Below the pieces are notes generated by a model that had not been told where the DNA came from, did no database searches, and saw nothing but the letters and a program-made list of their open reading frames with translations. From positions 4,526,001-4,590,000 of the forward strand of contig JBHGNT010000006.1 in assembly GCA_043228905.1 (NCBI GenBank): a stretch of 64,000 nt of DNA. Direction: 5' to 3'. Numbering within the stretch: the stretch's first letter is position 1; every line of letters starts with the position of its first letter. This DNA comes from Azolla caroliniana (Eukaryota > Plantae > Polypodiophyta). Shown one piece after another: positions 13,001 to 26,335 of the stretch. A program made the position numbers and the translations under genes.

Positions 13001-13545
13001 CACAACTAGATTGGGTCGCCATATTCTAGCTGCTCAAACCGCCCGAGAGCCGGCTGCTGCAAAGGTCTAGCACACATATCAAGTTCCTCACACAATTATC
13101 ACCAAGTTTTGGAAAAAACTCTGGAAACAACAACACATGGTGAATCACCACTTTCCAATGGTTATTAATACATAGGTCACTACCGGTTGGTGCATGGCAG
13201 CATGGGAACCTTAGCTCTCCTAATTGTGTAGTGTGCCCAAATGCAATAGAATCAATCTAACACGCTCTGTGGGACTGCCCAGAGTCCCATCAAATATGGC
13301 AGGGGGTTGGCCGCTTATTGCAATTATGCCAGGTGCAAGGCTTAATCAAGTGGGGAAATATATGTTGGCTATCATGGCAGGCCCCACTTGACAGATACGA
13401 GCATCAGGAGGGGATGATTTTGGTGATAAAAGCACAAGAGGTTTTTTTCTCCACCATCGACAATGTTCACTCAACTCCTATCAATGCCAAATCTCAAGTT
13501 GTGTTGGAATTGGTTAGCCCAATAACTCTTTGGACTCTATGGGGG
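10060..13545 (+). mobile_element. Degenerate L1-clade LINE ORF2 (endonuclease C-terminal part, RT, zf-RVT), frameshifted and truncated
   Basis: Endonuclease motifs RIDRIY and SDHYPV (~10160-10255). RT motifs CPGIDG, WRPITLLN, LLDFEKAYD and QGCPL, with the catalytic FADD mutated to FAYG. GGLGL at ~12140. The zf-RVT motif WKKLWK...CVVC...HALWDC at ~13110-13280. Split over several frames. Confidence 0.9.
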
Positions 13546-13576
13546 GAAAAAAAGGTAGCAATGGTCTCTCTACTAT

Positions 13577-13700
13577 GGTCTTATATCATTTTTGGTATGG
13601 TCAAGGAATTGCTTAAATGGTCTTATATAATTTTTGGTATGGTCAAGGAATTGTTAAATGGTCTTAGATCATTTTTGGTGTGGTCAAGGAAGTGCTCAAG
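13577..13700. repeat. ~42-bp tandem repeat x3
   Basis: ggtctta.at.atttttggt.tggtcaaggaa occurs three times. Confidence 0.85.
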
Positions 13701-13719
13701 TTAATATTCGCAACGGACA

Positions 13720-14950
13720 CTTAGCATTGATGGGGATCATATTGTTGCGTATCAAAGGTTTCATAAGTATTATCCAACATATTGGAAGTTAACCTTTGTA
13801 TGATATATGTGTTTAAGAAACCATTCTTTTCAACCGTTTACTTGCAATTCAAGCATAACGGGGTTTGGTCACCACTAACCAATTATCTATCTAGATAGAA
13901 CTCGAAGGAAGATATCTTGGTATCCTTCTCACAAATACTAGCTTTGATGCGTAAGGTGATTTGATTTCAATTGTATTCAAAGTGCTAGTAGTAGAGAATG
14001 AGAATGAGAATGATTGGTGTTGTTTTCTTCAAAGTTTTAAGCATGCTCTTTAGTACATAAGTGCATTAACATTTATTTTATGTAGAGTAATGGGTTTAGT
14101 TGATTGGGTCATGTTGTTTACAGGTAATATGACACATGGATAATGCTTGAGCCATTTTGTAGACACTTTCAAAAAATCATTTAAAAGCACTCAAGGAGTA
14201 GGGATATTGTGGAAAGTTGCATATATGACTAATGCTCAAGCTTTTGATGTTGATATTGGAGAAATACAACCTATAAATAGTAGCACTAATGATTGGATTA
14301 TGAATAGTGCAACCCCTACACAATGTATCACATGTAAGTTTTCAAGGCAAAAGTTTGGACATTTGACATCTAACATTGTTGAGTCCCTAAATGCATGGTT
14401 TCTCGAGGATAGATAAATGTTTATGCTAGGGAAGACGAAATTGATAAGCCTACATGTAATATCATGGTTTTCTAAAAGAAGGGTCAAACACAGAAAGTTT
14501 TAGTGATTTTCTTTGGTTGGCAACACATAATGTGTTGATTGGATATGCAAAGAAATCCATCGGAGGATTTTATGAATGTAGAGTTTATACCAAATTTCAC
14601 CATTCACTAGTGTTGTCTTTGATATCCATACTCCAACAAACACTAGGATAGTTCATGTGAGTAAGAGACGTATTTGTGGAAGGTGGCAATATGTGGCAAC
14701 CTCAATCCTGTCAATTCTTAACCATTACCATATTATGCTACTTAACAAGAGTACAATGTGCTACTTACCAAATTTCACCATTGACTAATGTAGTCTTTGA
14801 GATTCATACTCCAACAAACATTAGGATAGTTCATGTGAGTAAGAGACATGTATTTGTGGAAGGTGGCAATATATGACAATCTCAATCCTGTCAACTCTTA
14901 ACCATTACCATATTATGCTACTTAACAAGAATACAATATGCTACATACCA
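13720..14950 (+). mobile_element. Decayed MuDR/MULE transposase relic with a 178-bp internal duplication (14588/14766)
   Basis: Fragments VVENENENDWCCFL (MULE xVExE..xWxxFL) and KFGHLTSNIVESLNAW (MULE TSNxxESxN motif), plus a SWIM-like CGRWQ. Many stops and frameshifts. Confidence 0.65.
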
Positions 14951-16076
14951 TATTGTTACATATAGTAAATGACAACAAGATAACTAGAAATCCTTTTCTA
15001 ATTGTTCTTTAAATTGAAATAGGTGGGGTTACCACTCCATTAAGCATCACAAGTGAAACCAAATCCTCATCAATTGTTCATATCAGCCTTGATGTACATT
15101 TCCAAAACCCAAATGACCCATCAATTGACTTGGAAAAGACCAATCCAAATAGAAAGAGTTATAAAAATGATAATCTTATGGCATTTTGTGAATGAGGTGG
15201 TTTAGAAGTCATGATTAACATTGAGAGGTAAAGTATTCATTTGAATTGTTATGGTGGAAACCATTCCTTTGGGAGATTCCTTAAACTGAAGAAAAATTGC
15301 TAATGGAATATGTTTACTTGGCTCAGTTGAAATGGAGAGATATAGGCACTAATTTGTTTCTTATCTACTCACAACAATGGTTTGAAACATAACCAATGCA
15401 ATGTAAATGTCTTTGATTGGAGTAGTAAGATCTCCATTCACTTGGTTTTTGCATGTGTGGAATTGAGTGCAAAGATGCCACACTTCCAAATTGGAGTACT
15501 TAAGGTGTTATGGACTATGGTTAAATTTCAAGTATTACAAATGCCTTTACATTTGGTTCACAAGTTGGGGTGAAGAAAATACGTTGCAAGGTTTTTTTGT
15601 AGCAATTCTCATTGTTGGAAAAGTTGAGGAATCTATCACAATGATAATCATGTTAACGTCACGAGCACGACTATAATTTATCGTGCGGTAGTTTGTATTG
15701 TAGTATTCTATACACGAGGATAAAAGTGTGAGGGTTAATCAAGAGTGTATAGAAAAGGAGGATTACTTTTAATCAAAGGGATTAAGACAGAGGGTGAAGT
15801 GTGAACTTACCTGGGGGCCTTAGGGCTATCTATAAATATGAGGGCAAGCTATCCTCATTAGAACATATGGTCATGCCCATAATGGTTAGGTAGCAATTCA
15901 TAAGGTTGGGAATGAATTCTTACTTTTTGGATCTTAAGCAAATCCAAAGTTCATTGTTACTCTCGTTGGTGTGGATGTAAATTCCATCGTAAATAGTTAT
16001 GGTGGTATTTTTTCTTTTGGATTGAAAGCTATTATTTATGCACACACACACACACATAGAGACCAATGGAGATCAG

Positions 16077-19066
16077 TGTTGAAGATTGGGTCGTCAATGC
16101 AGGAACAGAGACACCATCTAGATGTTGAAGAACAACAAGTTAATGATAGAGTAACAAGATGAACAACGTATAGCCAAGAGTTGCAAGACAACTTAACAGA
16201 AATCAAGATCAAGACAGAGTGAGAGAGACAAAGGCACAAGATGTAACTATATTATAATTTAAAAGAACATTACAATACAAAGAAATGGTGACCACAACAA
16301 ACTAGTTACAAACTCAGTTATATATGACTGAGTTAGGGCAACTACCTTTGATCATATTAAAAATATGTCCTAGTCTAGTTTGTCCAAATTGGACAATGTG
16401 AATACGACCATTATATACCCGCATTCGACACTCCCCCGTAATGGGCGTATATAACAAAAATCTGTAATTATAAGAGAATAAACAAAATACATATTTATAC
16501 AAAGAGATGTTTAGGGAAGTTCAACTGGTTCCCAGATCGGCATGGGCTAAATAACAAAAGTTGAATTGGCTAGTCCGAAAAGTAGTAATCGGATCAAAGT
16601 CAATTTGTTGAAGTGTCCGAAGAAGATTGTCTGAGGCCATCTTTGTGTCCGACTCAATCAGACTGGTTTCTCCTTAAGCCCATTTGGTGCCTTAGTGACC
16701 AGAATCGGTCAGTTGAGAGACACTTGGTCGTTCTGTTTGATATGTTGTTGGCCATAGAGATCTTCTCAAGGCCGAGCTTACCTAAAGTTACACAGTCCCA
16801 AACGAAGTGATATTGAAGGTCGATTTGCTTCGAGGCTTTGTGGTGGACTGGATTCCTTGACAAGATGACAATACCCTGACTATCGATGTAGACAACTAGA
16901 GCCGAATTGGAGTCGGCTTGTCAAAACGTGCATGCCAGGCGATCGAGCCACAAAGCTTCCTTCGTCATGTTGGACGCAGCTATGTATTCGGCCTCAGTCA
17001 TCAAAGTGGTTGTGCGCTCCTGAAGTTTCGACTTCCATGATATTGCTCCATTGCCGAATTTGAAGAGATATTCGGTCATCGACTTTCAATTGTCTACACA
17101 ACCGGCAAAGTTCAAGTCAATGTAGTCGACTATATTGAGTTCTTGTTCGGGCCAAAGAGGATGCCAAGGCCTTGGTGGGAAGTTCCCACCAAATATCTAT
17201 ATACATGCTTAACTGCATTCCAATGTTGTCAGACGGGCTTGTGCATACTCCTACAGCATGTGCTATTTCAGGTTGTGTCACAACCATGGCGTACATTAGG
17301 GAGTTGACTACCAGTGCGTACAGTACGAATTCATATCTCCCCCCTCCAGACCGGATGTCGGATAGACTCGCTAAGACAACTGAAGGCTAATGGGGAGCGG
17401 GGTTGAAGCATATTTGACCGATTTCATGTTGAAGTGCTCCAGGACACGTTTGATGTAGTCGGCTTGAGACAAGAACAATAGCCATTGATTCCGTAGCTTG
17501 TGTCATGTTGGACCTGTCCTTCATTGCGAACTTCAACCGCAGTTGTCAAACAAGATCAGCTAACCCTCCGGCATGTCGGCCGGAGAGAAGCATGTCATCC
17601 ACATAGACGATGAGGTGCCAGTGCATACGGTACGAATTCATATCTTCCCCCTCCGGACCGGATGTCGGACAGTCTCGCTAAGACTACTGAAGGCTAATGG
17701 GGAGCGGGGTTGAAGCATATTTGACCGATTGCATGTTGAAGTGCTCCAGGACACGTTTGATGTAGTCGGCTTGAGACAAGAGCATTTGTCATTGATTTCG
17801 TAGTTTGTGTCATGTTGGACCTATCCTTCATTGCAAACTTCAATCGCAATTGCCGAACAAGATCGGCTAGCCCTTTGACATGTCGGTCGGAGAGAAACAT
17901 GTCATCCACATAGACGATGAGGAAGATGGGTGATCCATTTTGAGTTATTTTCGAGAAAAGGCAGTGGTCCTCATCGCTCTTGAAGAAGCTGACCAATTGG
18001 ATGAATTCGTCAAACTTCTTATACCATTTTTGTGGGGCCCGCTTTAGACCATAAAGACTCTTCTTGGGTCGACAGACTAGACGTTCTTGGCCGGGTTTAA
18101 TGAAGCGGTCGATATGATCCTTTACTATCATGTAATCCTACATTTGCTCCTTCCAGAAGTTGAAGTTTGATCTGTCAAACTTATTAAGACTCATCTTTGA
18201 TGAGTCGGATGTGGATGTCATTTCTTGTTTGTGTTGGCTTAGAGTTATGCCCGAAGTTGGCTACAATCGAGGAAAGGGTGCTAATTTAACCGAATTGGAC
18301 ATAAAGTCAATCGACTAGTTGGTTTTTCCTGCCCAAAGTAACGTCAATTGAATCGAAGTAGAGCTTACTAGTCTATTCCAATGAAGCCTACTCAGATTCG
18401 GGCACGGATTTGTCAATTGAATTGCTAATTATGAATTCGAATGTTGATTTGATCTTCGATCCTGCTTGAAGTGGCTACAACAACTAGAGGGACAGAGTCT
18501 ATTGATCTTCTTGAATGTTGCTTAGGCAATTGAGCATGGATGTGTTCGAACAAGGTGTCGGTCACAGTTTGAGTGCGCGCGGTGCCATTTGCAATGTTGA
18601 TCCTGCTTCGAGAGGTTACAACAAATAGATGGGCAACGCCAACTGGCCTGACTGTATGTTGTTTAACCTTATGAAGAACGGATGAGACCGAGTTGATGGG
18701 GATTCCACTCCGAGCGACTACAATCACGAGAACGAAGTACATCCAATTGGCTTGTTTGGGGAGTGATTTAGATCAATAGAGTGTGAATCAACTAGTGTAT
18801 CTTTCTCTTCATGGAGTGCGATCTTGTAAGTTACCAATCAGAAGATTTCTGGGATATTTTTGAAGACAAGTGACAGCCAGCAACAATTTAAGAAACATGT
18901 CGTTTTGATACCAAATGTTGAAGATGAGGTCGTCAGTGCGAGAACAGAGACAACTTCCAAATGTTGATTGACGACAACAAGTTAATGATATAGTAACAAG
19001 ATGAATAGCATATAGCCAAGAGTTGCAAGACAACTCAACCGAAATCGAGAGAGAGAGAGAGAGAGA

Positions 19067-19104
<38 letters not shown>

Positions 19105-19287
19105 CACAAGATGTAACTATATTATTCAAAATAACGTTACAATACAAAGAAATGGTGACCACAACAAACTTAGTTATATATGATTGAGTTAGGGCAATTG
19201 CCCTTTGATCATATTATAAATATGTCCTAGTCTAGTTTTTCGAAATGGGACAGTGTGAATACATCCATTATATACCTATATTCGAGA
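16077..19287 (-). mobile_element. Older, internally deleted Ty1/copia element related to the 31139-36672 family
   Basis: LTRs at 16077-16430 and 18916-19287. PPT at 16431-16437 and a degenerate iMet PBS (tgatacca) at 18906-18913. Degenerate TSD ATCAG/ACCAG. Decayed RT (YVDD) and RNaseH (SRNPVHH...KQID..YHF). ~307-bp internal duplication (17311/17618). The gag N-terminus is fused directly to RT at ~18107. Confidence 0.9.
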
Positions 19288-20398
19288 ACCAGGAGGCCAT
19301 GGGTTCAACCCCTACATTCCACTGTGGTATCTAGTGAATTAAGAGATATGTGTGGAGAAGTGAGAAAATTGGGTTTCGAACCCAAAACATAATGCTCGTA
19401 GTGTAATGACTTATCACTAAGGTAACCTAATTACAATAAATAAAAGAGCAACATATCATGGCTTAAGAGGGACTTCTTTTGAGTTTCATTTGATGATTGC
19501 CAAGAAGAAAGATGCATATTGATGGATCACATTTGGATTTACAATTTCCACCCCTCATATGTATACATGCATACATGCACATGTGTATGTATGCACAACC
19601 ATACATGATACATGCATATATAATGCACAATGTGACATTGCCCATATTTCGTTGAAACTTTTGCAAGCAGCAAATTTTGCTACAAGAGTTTTTTCATCTA
19701 TTGTGTGCAACATTTTCACATGTATTTAATTCTTTTATTTTTCTAAAGTTTCCAAAGCTCCACATCAACACAAACATAGCTACCAATGAATATGTAGTAT
19801 ATTAAGTATTCTATAATATTTATTGTCATGTCTCTTCTTGAAGGCATGTTAACCCTTGGAACCATTGCATCATATTGCTTTACCATTTTAAAAGAATTAC
19901 ATTGTCCTAAGCTTTCATTGATATGTCGACACACAGTGTTATTTCCAAAACCTTTCATTGCAAGCAAATCTTGAAAATTAAATAGAGAAGCATATAGTCT
20001 TGTCTTACATGGGGACTCACTAGCTTGTCAGAGAAAACTTTATGTTGTCACACTTAGTTGTATTTCTTCATTAACATTTGTGACCATGTTACTCTCAATC
20101 ATTACAATGAGACATTTCCATACACTTATGCTTTAAAAGTGTGCCTTTGGAAAGTTTGCACCATATCGCTTTGTAACATTTAAAAGTAACCATTTTATGT
20201 CGACGCCACATATTTCCTAAAGTTGATCGTAATGCATTATGTTCTCAAACTTAATTTTATGTCAATGCGAATGGTAGTGTTCATGTTCTTCCAATCATTG
20301 GCAACGAAAACTTGCCATTATGATTCTATTTATGACATTATTTTGTCTTCATCATAAATTCCAGTACGATCCTTATTCCTGAAATAACAACCTTCTAA

Positions 20399-20768
20399 TG
20401 ACGTGGTCACTGCCCGTTTGCGCTTATGGCAGAAATGGCAGAACACGCCAATGGTGAAGCAAGGAGGAAATGGCCCGAGGTGGAACTACCAATCCCCAAG
20501 TTAGTTGTTTCCTACTCACCTCCCACCCTCCTTTCATTGTAGGCCATAGGATCCAGCTCATACTGGTCGGTGATGAAGGGCACTAGTTTATAGCTATAGG
20601 TACCTACTTACATTAAGTACTCAGTTTGAAAGGATATGTACGTAGTCTCATATTCTTGAACTCGGTTAGAGGGTGATTCCCCAACTTATCTATAAGCCAC
20701 CTTGTATAGTCTTTCTGTAATAATCTCTCCTAACTAACGGGAAAGTGGTTTTGTTTTGGAAAAAAAAA
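20399..20768 (+). mobile_element. 5'-truncated LINE (ORF2 C-terminal tail, 3'UTR, poly-A) with a 10-bp TSD
   Basis: Poly-A at 20760-20770. Direct repeat aaccttctaa at 20389-20398 and 20769-20778. The start encodes a Trp-rich RLRLWQKWQNTP...PRWNY tail like that of L1 ORF2. Confidence 0.75.
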
Positions 20769-22742
20769 AACCTTCTAAGGAGTTTGGTACCATTATTTTT
20801 CTTCTATGATAATTCACTATGCCTACTTCTCTGACTGTTTCATGTTTAATATCAATGAAATAACTTGGCATGGCCAAATAAATTGAGAAGTTGTATGGGG
20901 TGCTTCATTCTTTAATATTTTGGACCCATAATGCAAGCATATAAGTTCATACCCCTTATAAAGAAAGGTAATGCGTTACTATGCAAACAAGTGTGATTTG
21001 TACCCGTTGACTAAGAAATCATAAAGCCTCAATTAAATAAACCATAATAGAACTTACTAACGACAAGTTTATAGAAAATAATGCTAAGCAAGATGAAAAA
21101 TCATTAACAAAAATGCAAGATCACAATAATCCATGACACTCACAATTCTTCAAGCCCCGTGCTCTATCATAGTATGTCTGCTATGTGCTAATATATTTAC
21201 ACCTTTAGTCCTTCCCTTTGGTTTCCATGTCTTGCGATTCTAAGGTGTGGTGTGAGATTTCATTTGCTCTTTATGTTCAAATGGGTATAATAATAATCTT
21301 GATTCTGATACGAGAAATTCAAACAATAAATATTTTAAGCCCATATTGCAGAATTGGAGTTTAAACAATAAATATTTTATTCATGCTAAAGTGGAGGCCT
21401 TCTCAAGGTTTATATGTGGTCTTATAGCTCGATGTAGCAATGGAATTTTCTCAAGGTTTATATGTGCTCTGCTAGCAAAGGTGTTATTGGCAACAATGTA
21501 GTTTTTTGATAATATGTATTTGTGCAGAGGAAACAGTATTATGTACTATTTGTATATTGCCTTTGGCTTTTTATTAATACCAATGGAGCATATTTTTATG
21601 GAAAAAAAAAAGAAGCCACTTGTGAATAAGTTATGTCTTGACTCGAGTGATCCCCAAACGAGCATACATCAAAAGGAATTCACAAAGCAAGGAAATGATT
21701 ATTTGTTAGTAAATCGACAAAGATTTGCACATCACTAACAAATAAGGTATCTAGCTTTATTGCATGCATCACTACCTATTGTGGATTGTGTCTATGTTAA
21801 GCCATATTTCTCTTTGTCAAGGAAATCATGAACAACGAGAACATCCTTCCTACAAAGAGTACTCACTAGTAACTACATAGATTAATTAGATCCACCGCCT
21901 ATTTAACATCTTGCTTCGTTACTTGTGAATCTAACAATGATGTTAGATAGATAATTTATTCACCACTTTGGGATGCCCGTCTTTGTGAGGAGCCAAGTCT
22001 CCAATCCTAGTATCGAATCTCGACCATGTTAAATGATTGATTTATGAAGAATTTTTACTTCTCCATTATGTGACAAGTAACACATGTTACGAGATATGAT
22101 TGTAGGCCATTACAGCCAATAAGAATGAATAAAGTCACTAATACCCCCTCTTACTCTTTTCATGAAATGAATGCGAAGCCAGTGAAGTTCACAAGGCTCC
22201 AAGTCTAGATGAGATGTCTCAAACCTTATTTAATAGAAAGCTCTATGATTTATTTAAATTTTACATTTTTGGTTAATAAGCATGATCAGAATTTCATGTG
22301 AGGTTTGAAGTTTGAACTATCAAGTACCATGAATCATGATGACAGATGATGGTATAAGATATTGAACTCTTATTTTTATTTCTTGCAATTTTCTATCTTC
22401 TAAATAGCTTTTAAGAACATTCAAGCCCCTTCTATATTTTTATGGAAGTTTGGAGCTTGAATGGTCATACCTTGTACACCAACAAAAAATTTAACGTTGT
22501 TTTGTTTTCAAAGTATATAGAAAACTGTAGCTATGAACATACATAAAGTATTGCTTGTATAATAAAATGCCTTGAAAGTCTTGTTTAAACAAATGTAGTT
22601 GTGTCATGTACACAAAACAAGATCTAGGTTGCATTATATGAGATCCCAACAATATTAGCATTCTAGGATTGTATTGTTGTTTGATAACATCTTGTATCAA
22701 CTGATTAGAAATGTATGGAAAAGTTTTCTAATGACGAGAACA

Positions 22743-25260
22743 TCAACCGGATTGTGTCGAGTTTGAAACTGACCCTACCCAATATGTCTTAACTGCAATG
22801 AGTATCTTCTGGGGATTGAAAGGACCACTCTCATGATCTGCTAGCCTCACTTCCCACCTCATGCCGGATGCAATTTGAGCCACCTTATTCAACACATCCA
22901 CATCATCTCTCACGATAACCGCCCCCTCTGGACGTAATATCCTATCCATCTCCAAGAGAATCCGAGCAATGTTGCACCTAGAATACATGGCAAAACATAG
23001 TTTATAATCCACATCACACTTTTTTAGACAAGATTCTTGTTAAGACGATATGCTCATAATTGTATGGTATTTTCCTAGTAAAAATGATCACATGCTCTTA
23101 TGATTATCCCCAATAGACACGATATCCAATTAGTAGAGTGTACAAATGTGGAAACGTTTTAAGATTTCTAGTGACATAGACTATTACCTGTCTTGGTACA
23201 TCCCGAAAACGGTATCAGCATGAATAAAATCATATGTTCGTGGATAAGTCGAGAATCCCTCGCACCTACATGATACCACAAGTGTAAATAAGCACTGAAA
23301 TTATATAGAAATCTGATAAAATATTTGAAGATGATCCAATCGATGATATTATACCAATCTTGGTAGGTGCCAATCAAGCCTCGCTCATAAATAACACCAA
23401 GAGTATTATGCTTGGCGATCGTGGGGACAACATTCATAACCCACACATTGTCCCGATCTTTTTCAAGGGTGGCCGCAAACCCTCCGAAACCCGCATTCAT
23501 GTCCATGATGTTCCGGTATCGACCATTGATTCCTAACGTAGGAACAAGAGAGCTCTTATAGTAATCCACTCTTTTCCTCCACTTCTCCATATCATCAGTG
23601 AACGTCGACGAAGAGATTCCCGGAAGTGTCCCCGAGAGGATACGAGGAGGGATGGCGGACAAGCGAGCTGGCCATTTCGATAGGGCTCCCCCGGCCACCT
23701 CTTTCCGATCGGTGGCATCGGGAAGTGGAGTTATACATGTCTCCATCTTTGTATACCATGCGGTGTCGCCATCTCGGCCGGCCTCACTCTTGCACATGGC
23801 CGGCGTCTTGAACACTCGTCGTGTCTTGATGCAATCCATGTGGTTCCACGGCTTTTGCCATATAGCAAGGTTTCCTTTTTGAATCACTTTCTTCCAACAA
23901 AGGCTTCGAGCTAGGGATTCGATGGCTTCTTGCTCTTCGGTGAGATCTTCCTTGGTCCGTTGCCAACCTTTCCAATGTGTCTCCCAGTTGATTGGGGGAC
24001 CCGAGAGAATCCAGTAGCCGCCCGGCCGCAACACCCGATCCACCTCAATAAGATACACACCATCTGAAGAAAAGGAATTAGTAGTAGTAGTAGTAGTAGT
24101 ATATAAGTGCTTCTTTAACATAATTGTGTAATGTGTTAATGTGTGTTTATAAAGCACCATGAATGCCTTCTTTTTCTTACCATAGTCTTTCCATGGGATG
24201 AGGCAACGGGAGCAATGCGCCATGTCGAATGCGCGTGCAGGGTAAGGCAAGCGTTGCGAGGCCATGACGCCCAACATGGCAGGCACACCGCGCTCGAGCG
24301 CGAACTGGACTTGTGCCTCATGGGTGTCGCGGGGGGCGAATGACATGGTCAGAACGTTGCGATCGAGGAGGTAGGCACCCCAACTAGCAACCTATACATT
24401 ATACATGGGACCAATCAGAATACCAGGAAAGCCACAATGCTGTAAACATCTATATGTATATATGTACATGGAACCAATCATTATCCTAGGAACCACAATG
24501 ATGTAGCATCTATGTATATGTATATATGTATATATTGTATATTGTATATTGTATATTGTATGTGTATGTGTATGTGTAGATAGGCATAGACAGAGATAGA
24601 GAGAGACATACCCCACAGCCAGTGTCAAGGGCAGTTCGGATGGAGCCATCAGAGAGTGATGGGCGAATGAGAGCATGGATGTCATCGATATAGGATTTTG
24701 CCCCATTGGGGAACATGGTGCCGCCTCCGGGGAAGCGGAACGTGTGGGTCGTGCCATCGTATTGGACCCAGTTCTGGACGGCCTTCTCGATCGTGAGCTC
24801 CCGGTGCGGGACATTCCCGAACCACGCCATATCCCGGCTCTTCGGCCACGGGGGCGGGTTCCGGTACCCTGGCGGGGCCGGGATGAGACACAACATGCTC
24901 AATGCCATGTCCATTCCTCCTCCTTCTTCTTCCTCCTCCTTTGGGCAATGCCTCTCCCTGTACACCAATCTCTCCCTCTCGTAGCGCAGCGAGTTCTCGG
25001 TGTCCTCGCATGGCGTGTACTCGCTATACTTGAGGTCACATGCTGGCCATGCTCTCATCATCGCATTCACTTTGCTCTTTCCTCCCTCCGAATCTTCTTC
25101 TCCTTGCAGAGCAGAATGGTGATGGTGAGCTTCAAAATCGAGCCCAGAAGTAGAGGAAGATTGCTTGTGAGCATCAACGCAATCGTTGGAATTAGAAGTA
25201 GACATGGCTATGAAGGTAGAAGAGGCAGGGGAAAGCGAAGAAGAAGAAGAAGTGCTTAGA

Positions 25261-25297
<37 letters not shown>

Positions 25298-25448
25298 GCC
25301 ATGCTCCCAGAATGTAGAAGAAAGAGCAGAGGCAGCAGAGCAGGCCTATGTTAAGAATCCAAGAGAGATTGATGGCTCTCTTGATGGAATGGAGCTTGGG
25401 AGAAGGAGAAACGGTAGTAGGAGGATCATGGCATGAAAGCTTCACCAT
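22743..25448 (-). CDS. Probable SAM-dependent methyltransferase, PMT family (Methyltransf_29; PMT2/PMT14-18-like, putative Golgi pectin methyltransferase), 689 aa, 5 exons
   Basis: Exons 25448-24612, 24391-24181, 24063-23355, 23265-23188 and 22977-22743 total 2070 nt, all GT-AG. N-terminal TM anchor and poly-Ser stem. Motifs [52 protein letters not shown] and [12 protein letters not shown]. Confidence 0.95.
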
Positions 25449-25839
25449 TTCTGATGGTGATTGATTACCAATGTGGATGGATGGATGGATGGATGGATGG
25501 ATGAAAGAGGAGGATTTTCTTTTTCTGTGTATGTGTCTGTATACAATATTGAGGGGGACTTATGTACTACTGAGCCACTGATATGAACATTTATATAATG
25601 AAATGAAATGAGAAGGAGAAATCGATGCAAAGAAATGATGCGCCGCGGCTCTGTTTCTTCTTTCTCTGCCGCTAAATGAGTGAGTAGATTGTAGGATTTG
25701 GGAGGGGGATAGAATTATGAAGGTAAAGCAAGAATCCATGGCAACTCATCCCCAACAACATAACTAAAAATCAATACATACACAACACAGATTTTATTTG
25801 TTTGTTTAAGTCATCAAAGATCTTGCGCGCGTGCCCGCA

Positions 25840-26335
<496 letters not shown>

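Noticed and set aside
24675-25259. 194-aa antisense ORF over PMT exon 1
   Set aside because: A shadow ORF of GC-rich coding sequence.
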